Numbered from the stretch's first letter, positions 8,738-19,687 are shown. The stretch: 64,000 nt of DNA from an uncultured Ignavibacteriales bacterium (GCA_963786395.1 CAWAZD010000014.1:129730-193729); one strand, 5' to 3'. Notes: a model not told the origin generated them from the sequence alone. Made by a program: numbers and translations.

Positions 8738-11460
8738 ATGATAGAACTAAAACTCGAAGATTTTAAAATATCAGGATACTGCAATTGAAGCAGTTGTAAA
8801 GGTGTTTGAAGGAGTTGAGAAAAATACTTTTGATAACGCCTGTTTCGAGGGTATTCGTTCAAACATTTGCAAACTAACTTTAGCCGAATATTCTGCAAAA
8901 ATAAAGGCCATATATGAAGAAAACGGCATTGAAGAAAATATTGCCAAACCTTCTCCAGACAAAGATCTTTGCATTGAAATGGAAACCGGAACAGGTAAAA
9001 CACTTGTTTATCTAAAAACCATTTACGAATTATACAAACATTATGGCTTTACAAAGTTTATCATTCTTGTTCCTTCAGTTGCAATTCGGCAAGGAGTGTT
9101 AGGAACTCTGAAATCATTTGAAAAACAGCTTGATAGTATATACGGGTTTCAACCTAATTATTTTGAATATGAAAGTAAGAAGTTAAGCAAGGTAACAAAC
9201 TTCATCGAAGAACAGCACCCCTAGATAATGATTATGACTCTGGCTTCATTCAATTCTGAAGATAAAATCTTGAATCAGGCACAGCGAGAAGATTTGTTTG
9301 CAAATATTCCGTTTATAGATGCTATTGGAAAAACTAATCCCATAATTTTAATGGATGAACCGCAGGAAGGGATGGATACGCCCAATTCTGTTAGATGCAA
9401 ATTAGCTAAACTCAAACCGCTCATTAAAATTCGTTATTCCGCAACTCATAAAGTTGTTAAAAATCTTATATATCGTTTAACCCCCTACGATAGCTACAAA
9501 CAAGGATTTGTTAAAAAAATTGAAGTGCTTGACAGTTACTGAAAAGAATGATGAAGCAACCATTAAAATCGAATTAACTGAAGCCCAAAACGGTAAAGGT
9601 GATCCTAAGGTAAAACTAAAAGCATGGAGACTAAAAGCGGAAAGTTTGTCTTTGAAAATAACTGAAATGGTTAAAAGTTGGAGATAATCTTAGGAGAGAA
9701 AACAAACAATTCAAGTTATCTGAATTATAAGATTGAGCAAATAAATAAAAACCTGAGGGACAGGAAAATGGAGGGTAAAGTTCTCCAATGGTGCTGAATT
9801 GGTTGAAAAACAAGCCTCAGGAAATATTGAAAACATATGGGCTTTACAATTAGAATGGCTTATGCACCGTCATTTTACAAAATCCGCTAAAGCTAGTGAA
9901 AACACGGAATTAAATGTCTTAAGTTTGGTTTTCATTGACAGAGTTTCAAATTACATGGGTGAAGAACCCAGTAATTAAAAAACTTTTCATTGAGAAATAT
10001 AAAGCTATCTATCCGGAATACAACAAAGGGAAAAGTTCCGACTCCTCAACAGATTCAGGATGTACAAGGGTTATTACTTTGCTCAAACAGGCAAAGGGGA
10101 ATTTACGGATAGTGAAGGATGAATCAATGAGCAAAAAGAAATTTACGAATTGATCTTGCAAAAGAAAGAAGAATTACTATCTATTCGATAACTCTGTACA
10201 GTTTATTTTTTCTCATTCAGCTTTGGGAGTTGGTTGGGACAATCCTAACGTTTTTAAGATTGCCACTCTCAAACTTTCATATTCAGATATTAAAAAGCGA
10301 CAGGAAATAGGCAGGGGTTTGCGAATATGCGTTAATCAGAATGGTCAAAGCGTATATATGATGTGCTAAACGTTGAAGATACTGACCGCATCAATCAATT
10401 AACTGTGATTCCTAATGAAAACTTACGAAACATTTGTAACTCAGTATCAGGAAGAAATTAAAGCTGTTTACGGCAATACCAAAGCATGGTGCCGGTATGA
10501 CACATACACACAAAGGGAAGCCGCAGAATGAAGTGAGTTTCAAACGGAATGCCTCCGAAAATATAGATGAAGCTTTAGACGATTTTGGAAATCGTTAGCT
10601 AGAAAAACGGATTATATAATCGCTTTAATGAAGATAGTTTGATTAATACTTCTTCCGAGTGGATCAACTCATTAGTAATGCCTGATTATATAATAGAATT
10701 GAAGCAGTAGTCATATTGATTAGATTACTGAGGAAGTCAGACAGGATATATTTGGCGGTACTGAAACAGAATGCAAAAAGCTAGATTTTCTCCATTGGAT
10801 TTAGTTGAAGAACTAAGTGAAAACACTGGGATAAGCTATACGACACTTTTTAAGATTGTTAGCTCATTACTAATTTCGTTCAATTATAAAAAATCCACCT
10901 AGATATATTTACGAATCGACTGCTATTATTCGTAATATCGAATTAGACGAAATGCTTAGAGGTTTAGATTATCATTTAACTGGTGATAGTTTTCCTTTTG
11001 AGTTTTAACGATTTTATTAAAAATGTTTCTGAAATGCGTTTATGTTGATACGCCAAATAGAGGTGTATTTGATAAGATGCTGATTGATAGTGATATAGAA
11101 CTCTTATTTTGCAGATACCGACGGATGATGATCCGAAAGTGGTATGTTTTTTAAAACTACCGGCATGGTACAAGATTAAAACTCCCATAGGCGATTATGA
11201 ACCTGATTTCGGCTTGGTGATGAAACGAAAGAGCCTGAAAAGCGGTAGCTGAAAGCTGAGTTTTATTTCGTGATTGAAACAAAAGGAACAAACGATATCA
11301 ACGACAAGAAAGCGCTGACCGAAAGTGAAGTGTATAAAATTCGTTGCGCTATGAAGCACTTTGACCTTTAGGTGTGGAAGTTCATTACAAGGCACCTGTT
11401 AAAGAATACGGTTACTTTAAAACAGAAGCGGATAAAACAATTAACGCAATAGCAGGATAA
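8738..11460 (+). pseudogene. res: Type III restriction enzyme Res subunit (helicase plus endonuclease), heavily disrupted
   Basis: Fragments across all three frames carry helicase motif I (METGTGKT), motif II (LMDEPQ), motif VI (QEIGRGLR) and the C-terminal nuclease block (EPDFGLV ... FYFVIETKG). There are dozens of frameshifts and an in-frame TAG at 9225. Confidence 0.8.
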
Positions 11461-11468
11461 ATAAGACT

Positions 11469-13376
11469 ATGGAAAATCCTTAATGATTTTATGCCATTGA
11501 GCAATGATTGGAATAAAGAGCGTTTGAGATAGCTCTGAAAAGCCTGTTTCCTGATTTGTTTACAAACGAAGGTAGCCATAAACATTGATGAACTGAAAAA
11601 GTTAATTGATCCAGAAAGCATTACAGAAACAGAACGTTATGAGTTTAGATGGTTTGGTAAAAGCCAGGCAAAACGAAATGCATTCACTCCGACAAATGCT
11701 ACCTTGATCTATGACGAAAATAGAAGTGTTAACCCTTCAGAAAGCTGAAAACCTCATTATAGAAGGAGAGAATTTAGAAGTATTGAAATTACTCTCCAAT
11801 AGTTATCGTGAAAAAGTGAAGTGTATATATATAGATCCTCCATATAACATTGGAAATGATTTTGTTTACAGCGATAACTATTCTGAAGATAAGAAGCCTT
11901 ATTGGGAACAAACTGGTGTGACAGAAAACGGTGTTAAGATTGATACCAATACTGAAACAGATGGAAGATTTCACAGCAATTGGTTAGATATGATATATAG
12001 TCGTTTACTAATTGCTAGAGCTTTGCTCAAAACTGAAGGAGTAATTTTTGTCTCCATTGATGATACCGAAGTTACCAACTTGAGGAAATTAATGGATGAG
12101 GTTTTTGGCGAGGATAATTTTGTTTCAATATTTGTCTGGAAATCAAGACAAAATAAAGACAATAGAAATACAACAGGCGCATCAATCGATCATGAATATG
12201 TGATTTGTTATTCAAAGAATAATGAATCAAAAGCACTAAAAGGCAGTGAAAGAAAAACCGAACAATATTCAAATCCAGATAATGATCCGAGAGGAGATTG
12301 GACAAGCGGAAATATGGTTGGTATTCTTCCTGAAAATTTAAGACCGAATTGTCATTACGATTTAATCAATCCCCAAACGGCATTAATTACAGGAAAGCAG
12401 AGATGGGGTGGAGATATGATAAAAACACAATGAATCGATTTGATAGAGGAAGACAGAATTCTTTAGCCAAGCGATATGTTATGGAAGACCAAGAAGGAAA
12501 ATGTTCTCAAATGAATTATTAGATAGTTATGCTGGGTTTACTTCTATTATTGGGGAAAATATTTATACAAGAAATGGCACCCAAGAAATTGAAGAGTTAT
12601 TTGGTGCAAAAGTTTTTGACTTTCCAAAGCCTTCTGCTTTAATTGAAGAATTAAATTGATCAAGTTTGTGAGGATAATGATTTAATTCTTGATTTTTTTG
12701 CTGGTTCTGGCTCAACAGGTCAAGCAAAATGTGAACTAAACCAGCAGAATGGAAGAAGGTTAAGATTTATACTTACTCAGATAGCCGAAACAATAGACCC
12801 CAAAAGTGAGGCATACATAGCTTGTTACAAAAAAATCAGTGACATCACTATTGAACGGAACAAACGTTTTGTGGAAAAGCTTATTGATGAACAAGAAAAA
12901 GCAGCATCCCGATTTATTTACAAACGAAAACAAACAGAATTCTATTAAAGGGCTTGGCTTTAAGGTATTTAAACTTGTCAAATCAAATTTCCCCAGAGTA
13001 GAATGGGCTCAGAATACCGAAAGCTCAGCAGAAGAAAATATAGTAACCCTTAAACAATATATTAAGGATAAAGAAGCACAATTAGTGACCCCCTTCAATC
13101 ATGATGAATTAATAACTGAAATTCTGTTAAAGAATGGCTTCACCTTGAATTACAAAATTGAAAAAACAGCCCGAACTTAAGAAGAACGAAATGTTTTTAT
13201 CAACTGATGGCGAAAAAGAAACATTGATCTGTCTTGATATTTCAATAGATATGGAAAGAGTTGAATATTTTAAAAAGAATATTGAAAAGAAGTTCATTTG
13301 CCTTGAACGATCATTAGATACAACAAAAAAATGGAACCTGAAACACTATTTGGGCGAAAAATTTAAGGCGTTTTAA
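11469..13376 (+). pseudogene. mod: Type III-like N6-adenine DNA methyltransferase Mod subunit, disrupted
   Basis: Motif IV is IYIDPPYN (11.84 kb) and motif I is DFFAGSGSTGQA (12.69 kb), in beta-class order. The reading frame is broken many times between 11469 and 13376. Confidence 0.75.
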
Positions 13377-13427
13377 CCAATATTATTCTTTTAGTTGAAA
13401 GCAGAAATAAGGTCAACTGGTTTGCCT

Positions 13428-14543
13428 ATGAACATTGGTGATATACTAGACAAAAAGTATAAAATTCTCAAGCGACTCGGTCTTGGTGGGTTTGGTATAG
13501 TATACCTTGCTGAAGACAAACTAGCAAAAAGAAATGTTGCTATAAAGGCCCTTCTGGAAAAAGAAAATTTAAATCAAGAGGATTTAGTACGAGAGATCGA
13601 GTTTCTTGCTTCCCTAAACCATAAATCGATTGTTACATTTTATCATCATTTTTTTAACAATAAGATCCTTCACCTGGTTATGGAATATTGCAAGGGTGGT
13701 AATCTTGATGACCTGATTGAATCAAAAAACAAGTTGTCTGTTGATGAAGCAGTAAAAATTGCCATAGATATTTGCGATGTGTTTATTTTTATTCATAAAA
13801 ATAATATCATACACAGAGATATAAAACCTAGAAATATTCTAATTGACTCAGATGATAATATAAAGGTTTCGGATTTTGGAATCGCCAATACTCATAGCGG
13901 GACGCCAATATATTTAGCCCCAGAAGTTTATTCTGCTCAATATGATTCTAGTAGGGATCCCCGCGTCGATATATATGCACTTGGAATCACACTTTTAGAA
14001 ATGATTAATGGTTTCAATCCTTTCCATCGGTTAGATGGACAAGCAATGCTTGCATATAAATTTAGTCATACTTTTATACCAACTACTTTACCGCAATGGT
14101 TGCAGGCAATTATTTTAAATTCAACTCACCCAATTCCGGAATTAAGATTTCAAACTGCTATTGAATTTAAACAAGCTTTATTATCCAAAAGTGTTCCATT
14201 TATTATCAATAAAGAACGTATAAAAATTGACGGTACCTTTGAAATAGCAAACAAATATTTACTTAAAAAGAACTGGCATAAATCAATTACTTACATTGAG
14301 CAAGGATTAGAAAGCCATATTGATTCTGCATTAGGTTTAATGTCTGCGGGAAAGTATTATCTAAAAATACATAGACTTGATAAAGCAAAAATGTATTTAG
14401 ACCGGGCAATTAAAATCAATCCGGGTGTAACAACCAAAAAGGAACTTGCCGAAATTCATATTGTATACCCGGGATTATTCATTAGCGATTTCTCTCCTTC
14501 AAAACCATCTCCAGCTCAATCCAACCGATTGGGAAGCCTATAA
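13428..14543 (+). CDS. Ser/Thr protein kinase with C-terminal TPR repeats (probably the 5' part of one kinase-TPR-FHA gene)
   Basis: Hanks kinase motifs GLGGFGIVY, VAIKAL, HRDIKPRNIL, DFG and APE. I prefer the ATG at 13428 over the TTG at 13395. Confidence 0.8.
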   Translation: MNIGDILDKKYKILKRLGLGGFGIVYLAEDKLAKRNVAIKALLEKENLNQEDLVREIEFLASLNHKSIVTFYHHFFNNKILHLVMEYCKGGNLDDLIESKNKLSVDEAVKIAIDICDVFIFIHKNNIIHRDIKPRNILIDSDDNIKVSDFGIANTHSGTPIYLAPEVYSAQYDSSRDPRVDIYALGITLLEMINGFNPFHRLDGQAMLAYKFSHTFIPTTLPQWLQAIILNSTHPIPELRFQTAIEFKQALLSKSVPFIINKERIKIDGTFEIANKYLLKKNWHKSITYIEQGLESHIDSALGLMSAGKYYLKIHRLDKAKMYLDRAIKINPGVTTKKELAEIHIVYPGLFISDFSPSKPSPAQSNRLGSL

Positions 14544-15141
14544 TCTTCTTGTTGAATGTTTCTATAAAATGGAAAGATTTGATACAGCTCTGGAGGTTTT
14601 AGAAGCGATTATGCCCGAAGCAAAGCAGGACTGTTTTTGGAACAATTGGTTACTGATGAAATACTTAATCGAGGATGAATATCTGGAACTATCTAGCTAT
14701 GCAGCGCAAAAAGTTAAGTCAAGACATTTTATTGAAACAAATCTTAATATAATGAGGGATTTGAATAACTTTCTTATTAACACTGACGGTCCCCATAACA
14801 AACTATTATATCAGGATTATCGGTTTCACAAATATTTATCCATAAATACAATTGTCATTCAAGATATAAAGGGCCGGAAGAGGGAATTTAATAAACCTAT
14901 AATAACAATAGGTAGAAATAAGGATAATGATTATTATATAGATAATAATTCGGTTAGTCGAAGAAGTTGTGTAATTGTAAATTATCCCAATGACGTCTGG
15001 ATTTATGATATGGGAAGCATATCAAACATCATTATTGACGATAAAGAAATTGTGCAAAAACAATTCTTATTAGGAAAACATAAAATTCGCTTAAATGATT
15101 ATTCCTTTGATCTATATACGAGTGAAGGTTTATTAATATGA
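14446..15141 (+). CDS. TPR plus FHA domain protein (probably the 3' part of the kinase gene, +1 frame)
   Basis: TPR helices (YSLAISLLQNHLQLNPTDWEAYNLL). FHA core ITIGRNKDNDYYIDNNSVSRRSCVIV ... WIYDMGSISNIIID. The frame is open from 14431 and overlaps the kinase ORF. Confidence 0.7.
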   Translation: MPKFILYTRDYSLAISLLQNHLQLNPTDWEAYNLLVECFYKMERFDTALEVLEAIMPEAKQDCFWNNWLLMKYLIEDEYLELSSYAAQKVKSRHFIETNLNIMRDLNNFLINTDGPHNKLLYQDYRFHKYLSINTIVIQDIKGRKREFNKPIITIGRNKDNDYYIDNNSVSRRSCVIVNYPNDVWIYDMGSISNIIIDDKEIVQKQFLLGKHKIRLNDYSFDLYTSEGLLI

Positions 15142-15254
15142 ATAGGAATTTTATCAATAAATCATGGTGTTGCAATAAAATGAAACGTACTCGAAATATA
15201 ACGGTTATTATGGCTTGTTTAACGAGTGTTTTCCTAAATAATAAGGGGATTCAT

Positions 15255-15320
15255 CCCCATGCACGTAACGGCTTATGCATGAAAATGGGGATGGGGATGT
15301 ACACACCAGTATTTTAATAA
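15255..15320 (+). repeat. Right copy of the 62-bp direct repeat bracketing the R-M/kinase segment
   Basis: See 8195..8267. This copy lacks the left hairpin arm. Confidence 0.75.
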
Positions 15321-15378
15321 TATTTTAACGAAATTAGACCTAATGGCTTGATAAATAAATTAAATTAAAGGTTCTGTT

Positions 15379-15705
15379 ATGAAATGGCCAAAGAAGCACA
15401 CAAAAAATCTTATATATAAAGCTCTTATAAATACATCGCCAAAAACTGAAGATCAATTAATAAACGCGGCGATTGCACTTGCAGTTAAAAAACAGTTTTA
15501 TGAATTTGATTCCGAACAAGATCAGGAAGCAGTATTTGCAAACCTTGACAGTAAAGATCAGAGTCATATTGCTGAAGTGGTCAAAGAGGTTATTAAAGAT
15601 TTAAATGAAAAGGAATTGCTTAGGGTAAATCCGGATACAGCAGTATCTCTAACAGCAGACGGTATATATTTCGTTTTAAATCGGCTGCCTAAAAACTATT
15701 TTTAG
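15379..15705 (+). CDS. Hypothetical protein
   Basis: 108-aa ORF with an ATG start. No motif recognised. Confidence 0.4.
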   Translation: MKWPKKHTKNLIYKALINTSPKTEDQLINAAIALAVKKQFYEFDSEQDQEAVFANLDSKDQSHIAEVVKEVIKDLNEKELLRVNPDTAVSLTADGIYFVLNRLPKNYF

Positions 15706-15739
15706 GCAGTGTCAAAAGCAGTCTCACGCGCAAAAGGTT

Positions 15740-16108
15740 TTATTTTTTTAATTCAATAAGCAGCATATGAATTTTGGTTTTCCCAATATTCTCTGTGGTA
15801 TGAGTAGTTGCATCCAGCCAAAGAGTCTCTCCTTTCTTGAATACAGTAGTTTTGGTTTTTCCATCCGGAGAAGTAGCTTTGGATTTTCCTCCTTCAAACA
15901 CATAAATAAGATAATCGGGATGTGAGTGCATTCCGGTTTTCTCACCCGGAATATTCGAATGATCAATAACCCTGACTTTTTCGTTATCGAGAACAATCTT
16001 ATAATGTGCAGGGTCTACTTTTGTTACATCCTGTGCTTTTAGTAATACAGGTGAAGATAGGATGAAACAAAAAAGAATTAATATGAGGTAATTTAATCTT
16101 TTGAACAT
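15740..16108 (-). CDS. Secreted cupin-domain protein
   Basis: Signal peptide. Cupin motif GMHSHPDYLIYVFEGG. Confidence 0.6.
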   Translation of the reverse strand: MFKRLNYLILILFCFILSSPVLLKAQDVTKVDPAHYKIVLDNEKVRVIDHSNIPGEKTGMHSHPDYLIYVFEGGKSKATSPDGKTKTTVFKKGETLWLDATTHTTENIGKTKIHMLLIELKK

Positions 16109-16263
16109 GGCAGGACTCCTTAAATAATTATTATTTATTATAATATTATTACAGGAGATGGTATCAAATGATTGAAATCATATTCCAATGATCAACTTGA
16201 TATATCAGATTATTTTATTCTTGCATAATTACGGGTAATATAAATAAATCCGCTATGTCCGGC

Positions 16264-18939
16264 TTACTTTTCTTTTTTTATGAAGATGAATTGACCACCC
16301 TCATCTCTTGTATCGCGAATAGCCTGAAGCTGGGGTGTCTGATTCGAATTATTTGCAACCGCAATCTTGAATTCATTAAATAGCTGGTTAGCATCGTAAT
16401 ATTTAAATGTGTTTTCTTTCAGCGCTTTTAGCAAATAATACGAAAATATTGAATGTCCATCCTTTCCTCCGTCCATAACTTCTTCGAGTCCACCTGAAGT
16501 TAATGCCACTCTTGATGGTTTACGATAAACTTCTTTATAGTAACGATCCATATTATTAGGGTCAAAGGGGATTGATTCTGTCATAGTGCCACGGAAAATA
16601 TCTCCCGCAAAACACGCGTCTGTGATCAGGAGTGTATGTTTAGATGGTATGCCTCCCAGATAATCTTTTATTTCAGAATTGGAGATAAAATCGGAAGTTG
16701 AATTAGAAGTTGCATCGGAGGGGACCCAATAGCCCCTATTAAGATCTTTATTAAACTGACCATGACCGGAATAAAAGATTAAAAGGTTATCTTCACTTTT
16801 TACGTTTTTTACAAACCAATCCAGCTTCTGCATTATATTTCTTCGTGTAGCATCTTTATCAAGAAGAACAGAAAAGTCATCAAATTTATAATCTGACTTT
16901 AATACCTTTGCAATTTCCGCGGCATCATTAACTGCATTTTTTAATTGAGGCCAGTATCCGGCATATGAATTTATACCCACAATTAAGGCATAATATTTAC
17001 CCGCCGCAATAGAAACATCAAGTTTACTTGTGATAGTAAAAGTATCAAGGGAAGCGTTGTTACTTTTATCTATCGCCGCAACAATAATCTGATTATCACC
17101 CGGTTTCAGGATCACATCAAGATCAAATTCGCCGGAGGGGGTAAGGCGCGCACTCAGATTATTTATTCTGACTTCCGAAATACCGTTTTCATCCCGGGCA
17201 ATTCCACGAATTTTAATCAGATCAGATTTATGAACAATCTTAATACCTCGTGATACAGTTGGTTCAAGGATAGTAATAACAGGTCCGGACTTATCAGCAG
17301 GATAATCAACATCAAATGAAATCTGACTGGTATTATTCATTTTATCAGTAACCGATATTTTAACCGGATTATTTCCCGGTTTCAAATGAATGTACTTTGA
17401 AAAATTGTTATTGGCTGATGTACCGACCTGATTATTTATAAGAAAATAATTAAGAGGATAGTCAGTAACTATTATACCTTTGACTTCAATTGAATCAGAT
17501 TTCGCGGTAATTTTATTTGATGTTCTGATATCAGGTGAAGTTAAATAAACAACGGGGTTCGCATCAACTTTTATATTTTCAATTTTAAATGTAGTATCCG
17601 ATATGCCCCGGGCAATATCAATAGTTTCAATATTAACAAAATTTGTTCCTTGTGACAGAGCAATAGTATCTATAAAAAATCCCTGATTAACAGGAACTAT
17701 ATTATTATTGATTTTTATAAAAACAGAGCCATCCTCAATCAAATACCCGGCAATAATATAGGAATTATTAAACGCCATAAGGTTTTCTTTTTTCATGCTT
17801 GAAGGGCGCAGAAGTCTTATGGAATTACTAATATTTTTTACCGGAGGTTTGGCAATAATTTCCTGCTTTATATCCAGATCTTTAATTTCAGCTTTTGTTA
17901 TTTCTTTTGGTGGAATACCATCAAAAGAAATTGAAGTCAATTTTGCAATTTCTTTTTGCTTAAATCCTCTTTCCCCCCACCATTTCATTTCTCCTTTGAT
18001 ATATTCACCTTCTTTTTCAGAGGCATAAATAAATACTTTATCAAATAAAGCCCGGGCTTTTTCAAGTTGAGCTCTTGACAGACTGCTAAATCCAAAATAA
18101 AATAGTGAGTTCACTTTGCTATCGTTTGGATCCACCAGTTCATTTATTTTATTTAAATATACCTGGGAACTAATAGTATCATTTCCGGCATAGCTTACCT
18201 TTGCCAAAGCATAAATTGTTGAGAGATCTTTTAATTCATCAGGAGAGGAGGGGGTTATGAATGGTTTCATAGCTTTGAACAATACCGGAAACTCAGAATC
18301 ATTGATATAGGGTTCCAGTTTAATTAATTCCTGGGAATTGATCTTTATTTTATTCTTCTCAAGAATATTAAAAACAAAAGTAACATCACTAACCTGATAA
18401 TTTTTTGCTAACTGATAAACAACCGAGGGGTCTTTCAAAGTTCCCAAATCCTGAATAAAGATAAAAGGCTGCAGCAATTTGAATATTTTGGGAAATTCCG
18501 GTTCATGGATGTAAGGATCCAGTTTTGCTAAATCAAGAGAATTTATTTTAACATCTTTGGTGGAGAATTTATTGACCGCCGGTTCTAGTTTGTCAAATTG
18601 TTTCTTGTGAAAGCACCACATAGTATATTCAACTAAAGGCGGATTGTAAAGATCGGCAAGCCTGTCGAAATAAAAATTCAATAGTCCTTCATTGTTCTTT
18701 ATAAGATTGGGGTACTCCTGGCAGACTATTGATTTAATTACCGCATTTGCCTGATGCTGTCCGGGATTAACAGAAATTATATCAAGACATATTTTTAATG
18801 CCTCGAGATAATCTTTCTTCCCATTTAATTTAGATAATTTCTCCAGATTTTTCGCAATACCAGCGTCCATCTGGGGAAACAGATTACAATTTATAGTAAT
18901 AAAGAAAAAAGCTGACAGGAGAAGTATTTTAGTTCTCAT
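16264..18939 (-). CDS. Caspase-family (peptidase C14) secreted multidomain protein
   Basis: The C-terminal caspase fold has a His/Cys dyad context (FYSGHGQF, LLITDACFAGDI). Three Ig-like repeats are present (PGNNPVKISVTD, PGDNQIIVAAID). There is an internal roughly 55-aa duplication (KINSLDLAKLDPYI / KINSQELIKLEPYI). I prefer the signal-peptide start MRTKILLLSAFF at 18939. Confidence 0.75.
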   Translation of the reverse strand: MRTKILLLSAFFFITINCNLFPQMDAGIAKNLEKLSKLNGKKDYLEALKICLDIISVNPGQHQANAVIKSIVCQEYPNLIKNNEGLLNFYFDRLADLYNPPLVEYTMWCFHKKQFDKLEPAVNKFSTKDVKINSLDLAKLDPYIHEPEFPKIFKLLQPFIFIQDLGTLKDPSVVYQLAKNYQVSDVTFVFNILEKNKIKINSQELIKLEPYINDSEFPVLFKAMKPFITPSSPDELKDLSTIYALAKVSYAGNDTISSQVYLNKINELVDPNDSKVNSLFYFGFSSLSRAQLEKARALFDKVFIYASEKEGEYIKGEMKWWGERGFKQKEIAKLTSISFDGIPPKEITKAEIKDLDIKQEIIAKPPVKNISNSIRLLRPSSMKKENLMAFNNSYIIAGYLIEDGSVFIKINNNIVPVNQGFFIDTIALSQGTNFVNIETIDIARGISDTTFKIENIKVDANPVVYLTSPDIRTSNKITAKSDSIEVKGIIVTDYPLNYFLINNQVGTSANNNFSKYIHLKPGNNPVKISVTDKMNNTSQISFDVDYPADKSGPVITILEPTVSRGIKIVHKSDLIKIRGIARDENGISEVRINNLSARLTPSGEFDLDVILKPGDNQIIVAAIDKSNNASLDTFTITSKLDVSIAAGKYYALIVGINSYAGYWPQLKNAVNDAAEIAKVLKSDYKFDDFSVLLDKDATRRNIMQKLDWFVKNVKSEDNLLIFYSGHGQFNKDLNRGYWVPSDATSNSTSDFISNSEIKDYLGGIPSKHTLLITDACFAGDIFRGTMTESIPFDPNNMDRYYKEVYRKPSRVALTSGGLEEVMDGGKDGHSIFSYYLLKALKENTFKYYDANQLFNEFKIAVANNSNQTPQLQAIRDTRDEGGQFIFIKKEK

Positions 18940-19103
18940 AACAACACCCAAAATAATTATGTAGAAATCTTTGAGGACAGATACTGTATTATTTAATACG
19001 ACAACATAAAACAAGAATAGTTCTAAAAAGATAATAATTAAATAATGCAAGTGCAAAGGAAATTGAAGGAATTAATACACTGTTACAATTCCGGGTAAAA
19101 AAT

Positions 19104-19127
19104 GGCCGTTAGTTTTACACAACGGCC
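19104..19127 (-). terminator. Rho-independent terminator candidate
   Basis: The GGCCGTT ... AACGGCC stem is followed on the minus strand by a U-run (A-run 19097..19102 on plus). Confidence 0.5.
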
Positions 19128-19153
19128 GATGTATATAATTTAGTAAATAACAA

Positions 19154-19687
19154 TTATTTCAGAAGAATCATTTTATTTATCTTTTCAAATGTCTGAGTCT
19201 TTATCCGGTAGAAATAAATGCCGCTTGCTGCTCCCTGCGCGTTCCACAGCACTTCATACGTTCCTGCCTGAACATCCTGATCTACAAGTTTAGTTATTTC
19301 TTTTCCAGTTATATCATAAATTGTAAGAGTTACATGTTCACTATTTGGTATTGCATATCTGATTGATGTTGAAGGATTAAACGGATTAGGGTAATTCTGT
19401 TCAAGGTTCCAGGAATCGGGGACAGTACCGGTAACGGCTTCTTTCAACAGACCTTTTATATGTGCATGACTGAAGGTTAAAAATCCAAACAGTATCCCGG
19501 TATTACCATTACCTGATGATCCAATGAAAGTTTCACCAATGGAGGAAACCACCTTTGTATGCGTGGCACCGGAAATATCATTACCGGATTCAAATATCGA
19601 CCATTTAATGTAATTGTGTTGGGGAAAAACATATGAACAAAATAAAATCCCGGCTAACGGTATAAGTAAAATATTTATCTTTTTCAT
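19154..19687 (-). CDS. Secreted protein with a T9SS C-terminal sorting domain
   Basis: Signal peptide. C-terminus LEQNYPNPFNPST ... GIYFYRIKT. Confidence 0.65.
   Translation of the reverse strand: MKKINILLIPLAGILFCSYVFPQHNYIKWSIFESGNDISGATHTKVVSSIGETFIGSSGNGNTGILFGFLTFSHAHIKGLLKEAVTGTVPDSWNLEQNYPNPFNPSTSIRYAIPNSEHVTLTIYDITGKEITKLVDQDVQAGTYEVLWNAQGAASGIYFYRIKTQTFEKINKMILLK

Noticed and set aside
8716-9003. Minus-strand ORFs (95 and 67 aa) at the start of the R-M region
   Set aside because: They are antisense to readable Res helicase motif I sequence, and their composition is not protein-like.
18940-19056. N-terminal extension of the caspase-family ORF
   Set aside because: A typical signal peptide begins at the internal Met (MRTKILLLSAFF, 18939). 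The upstream 39 codons are hydrophobic AT-rich read-through.
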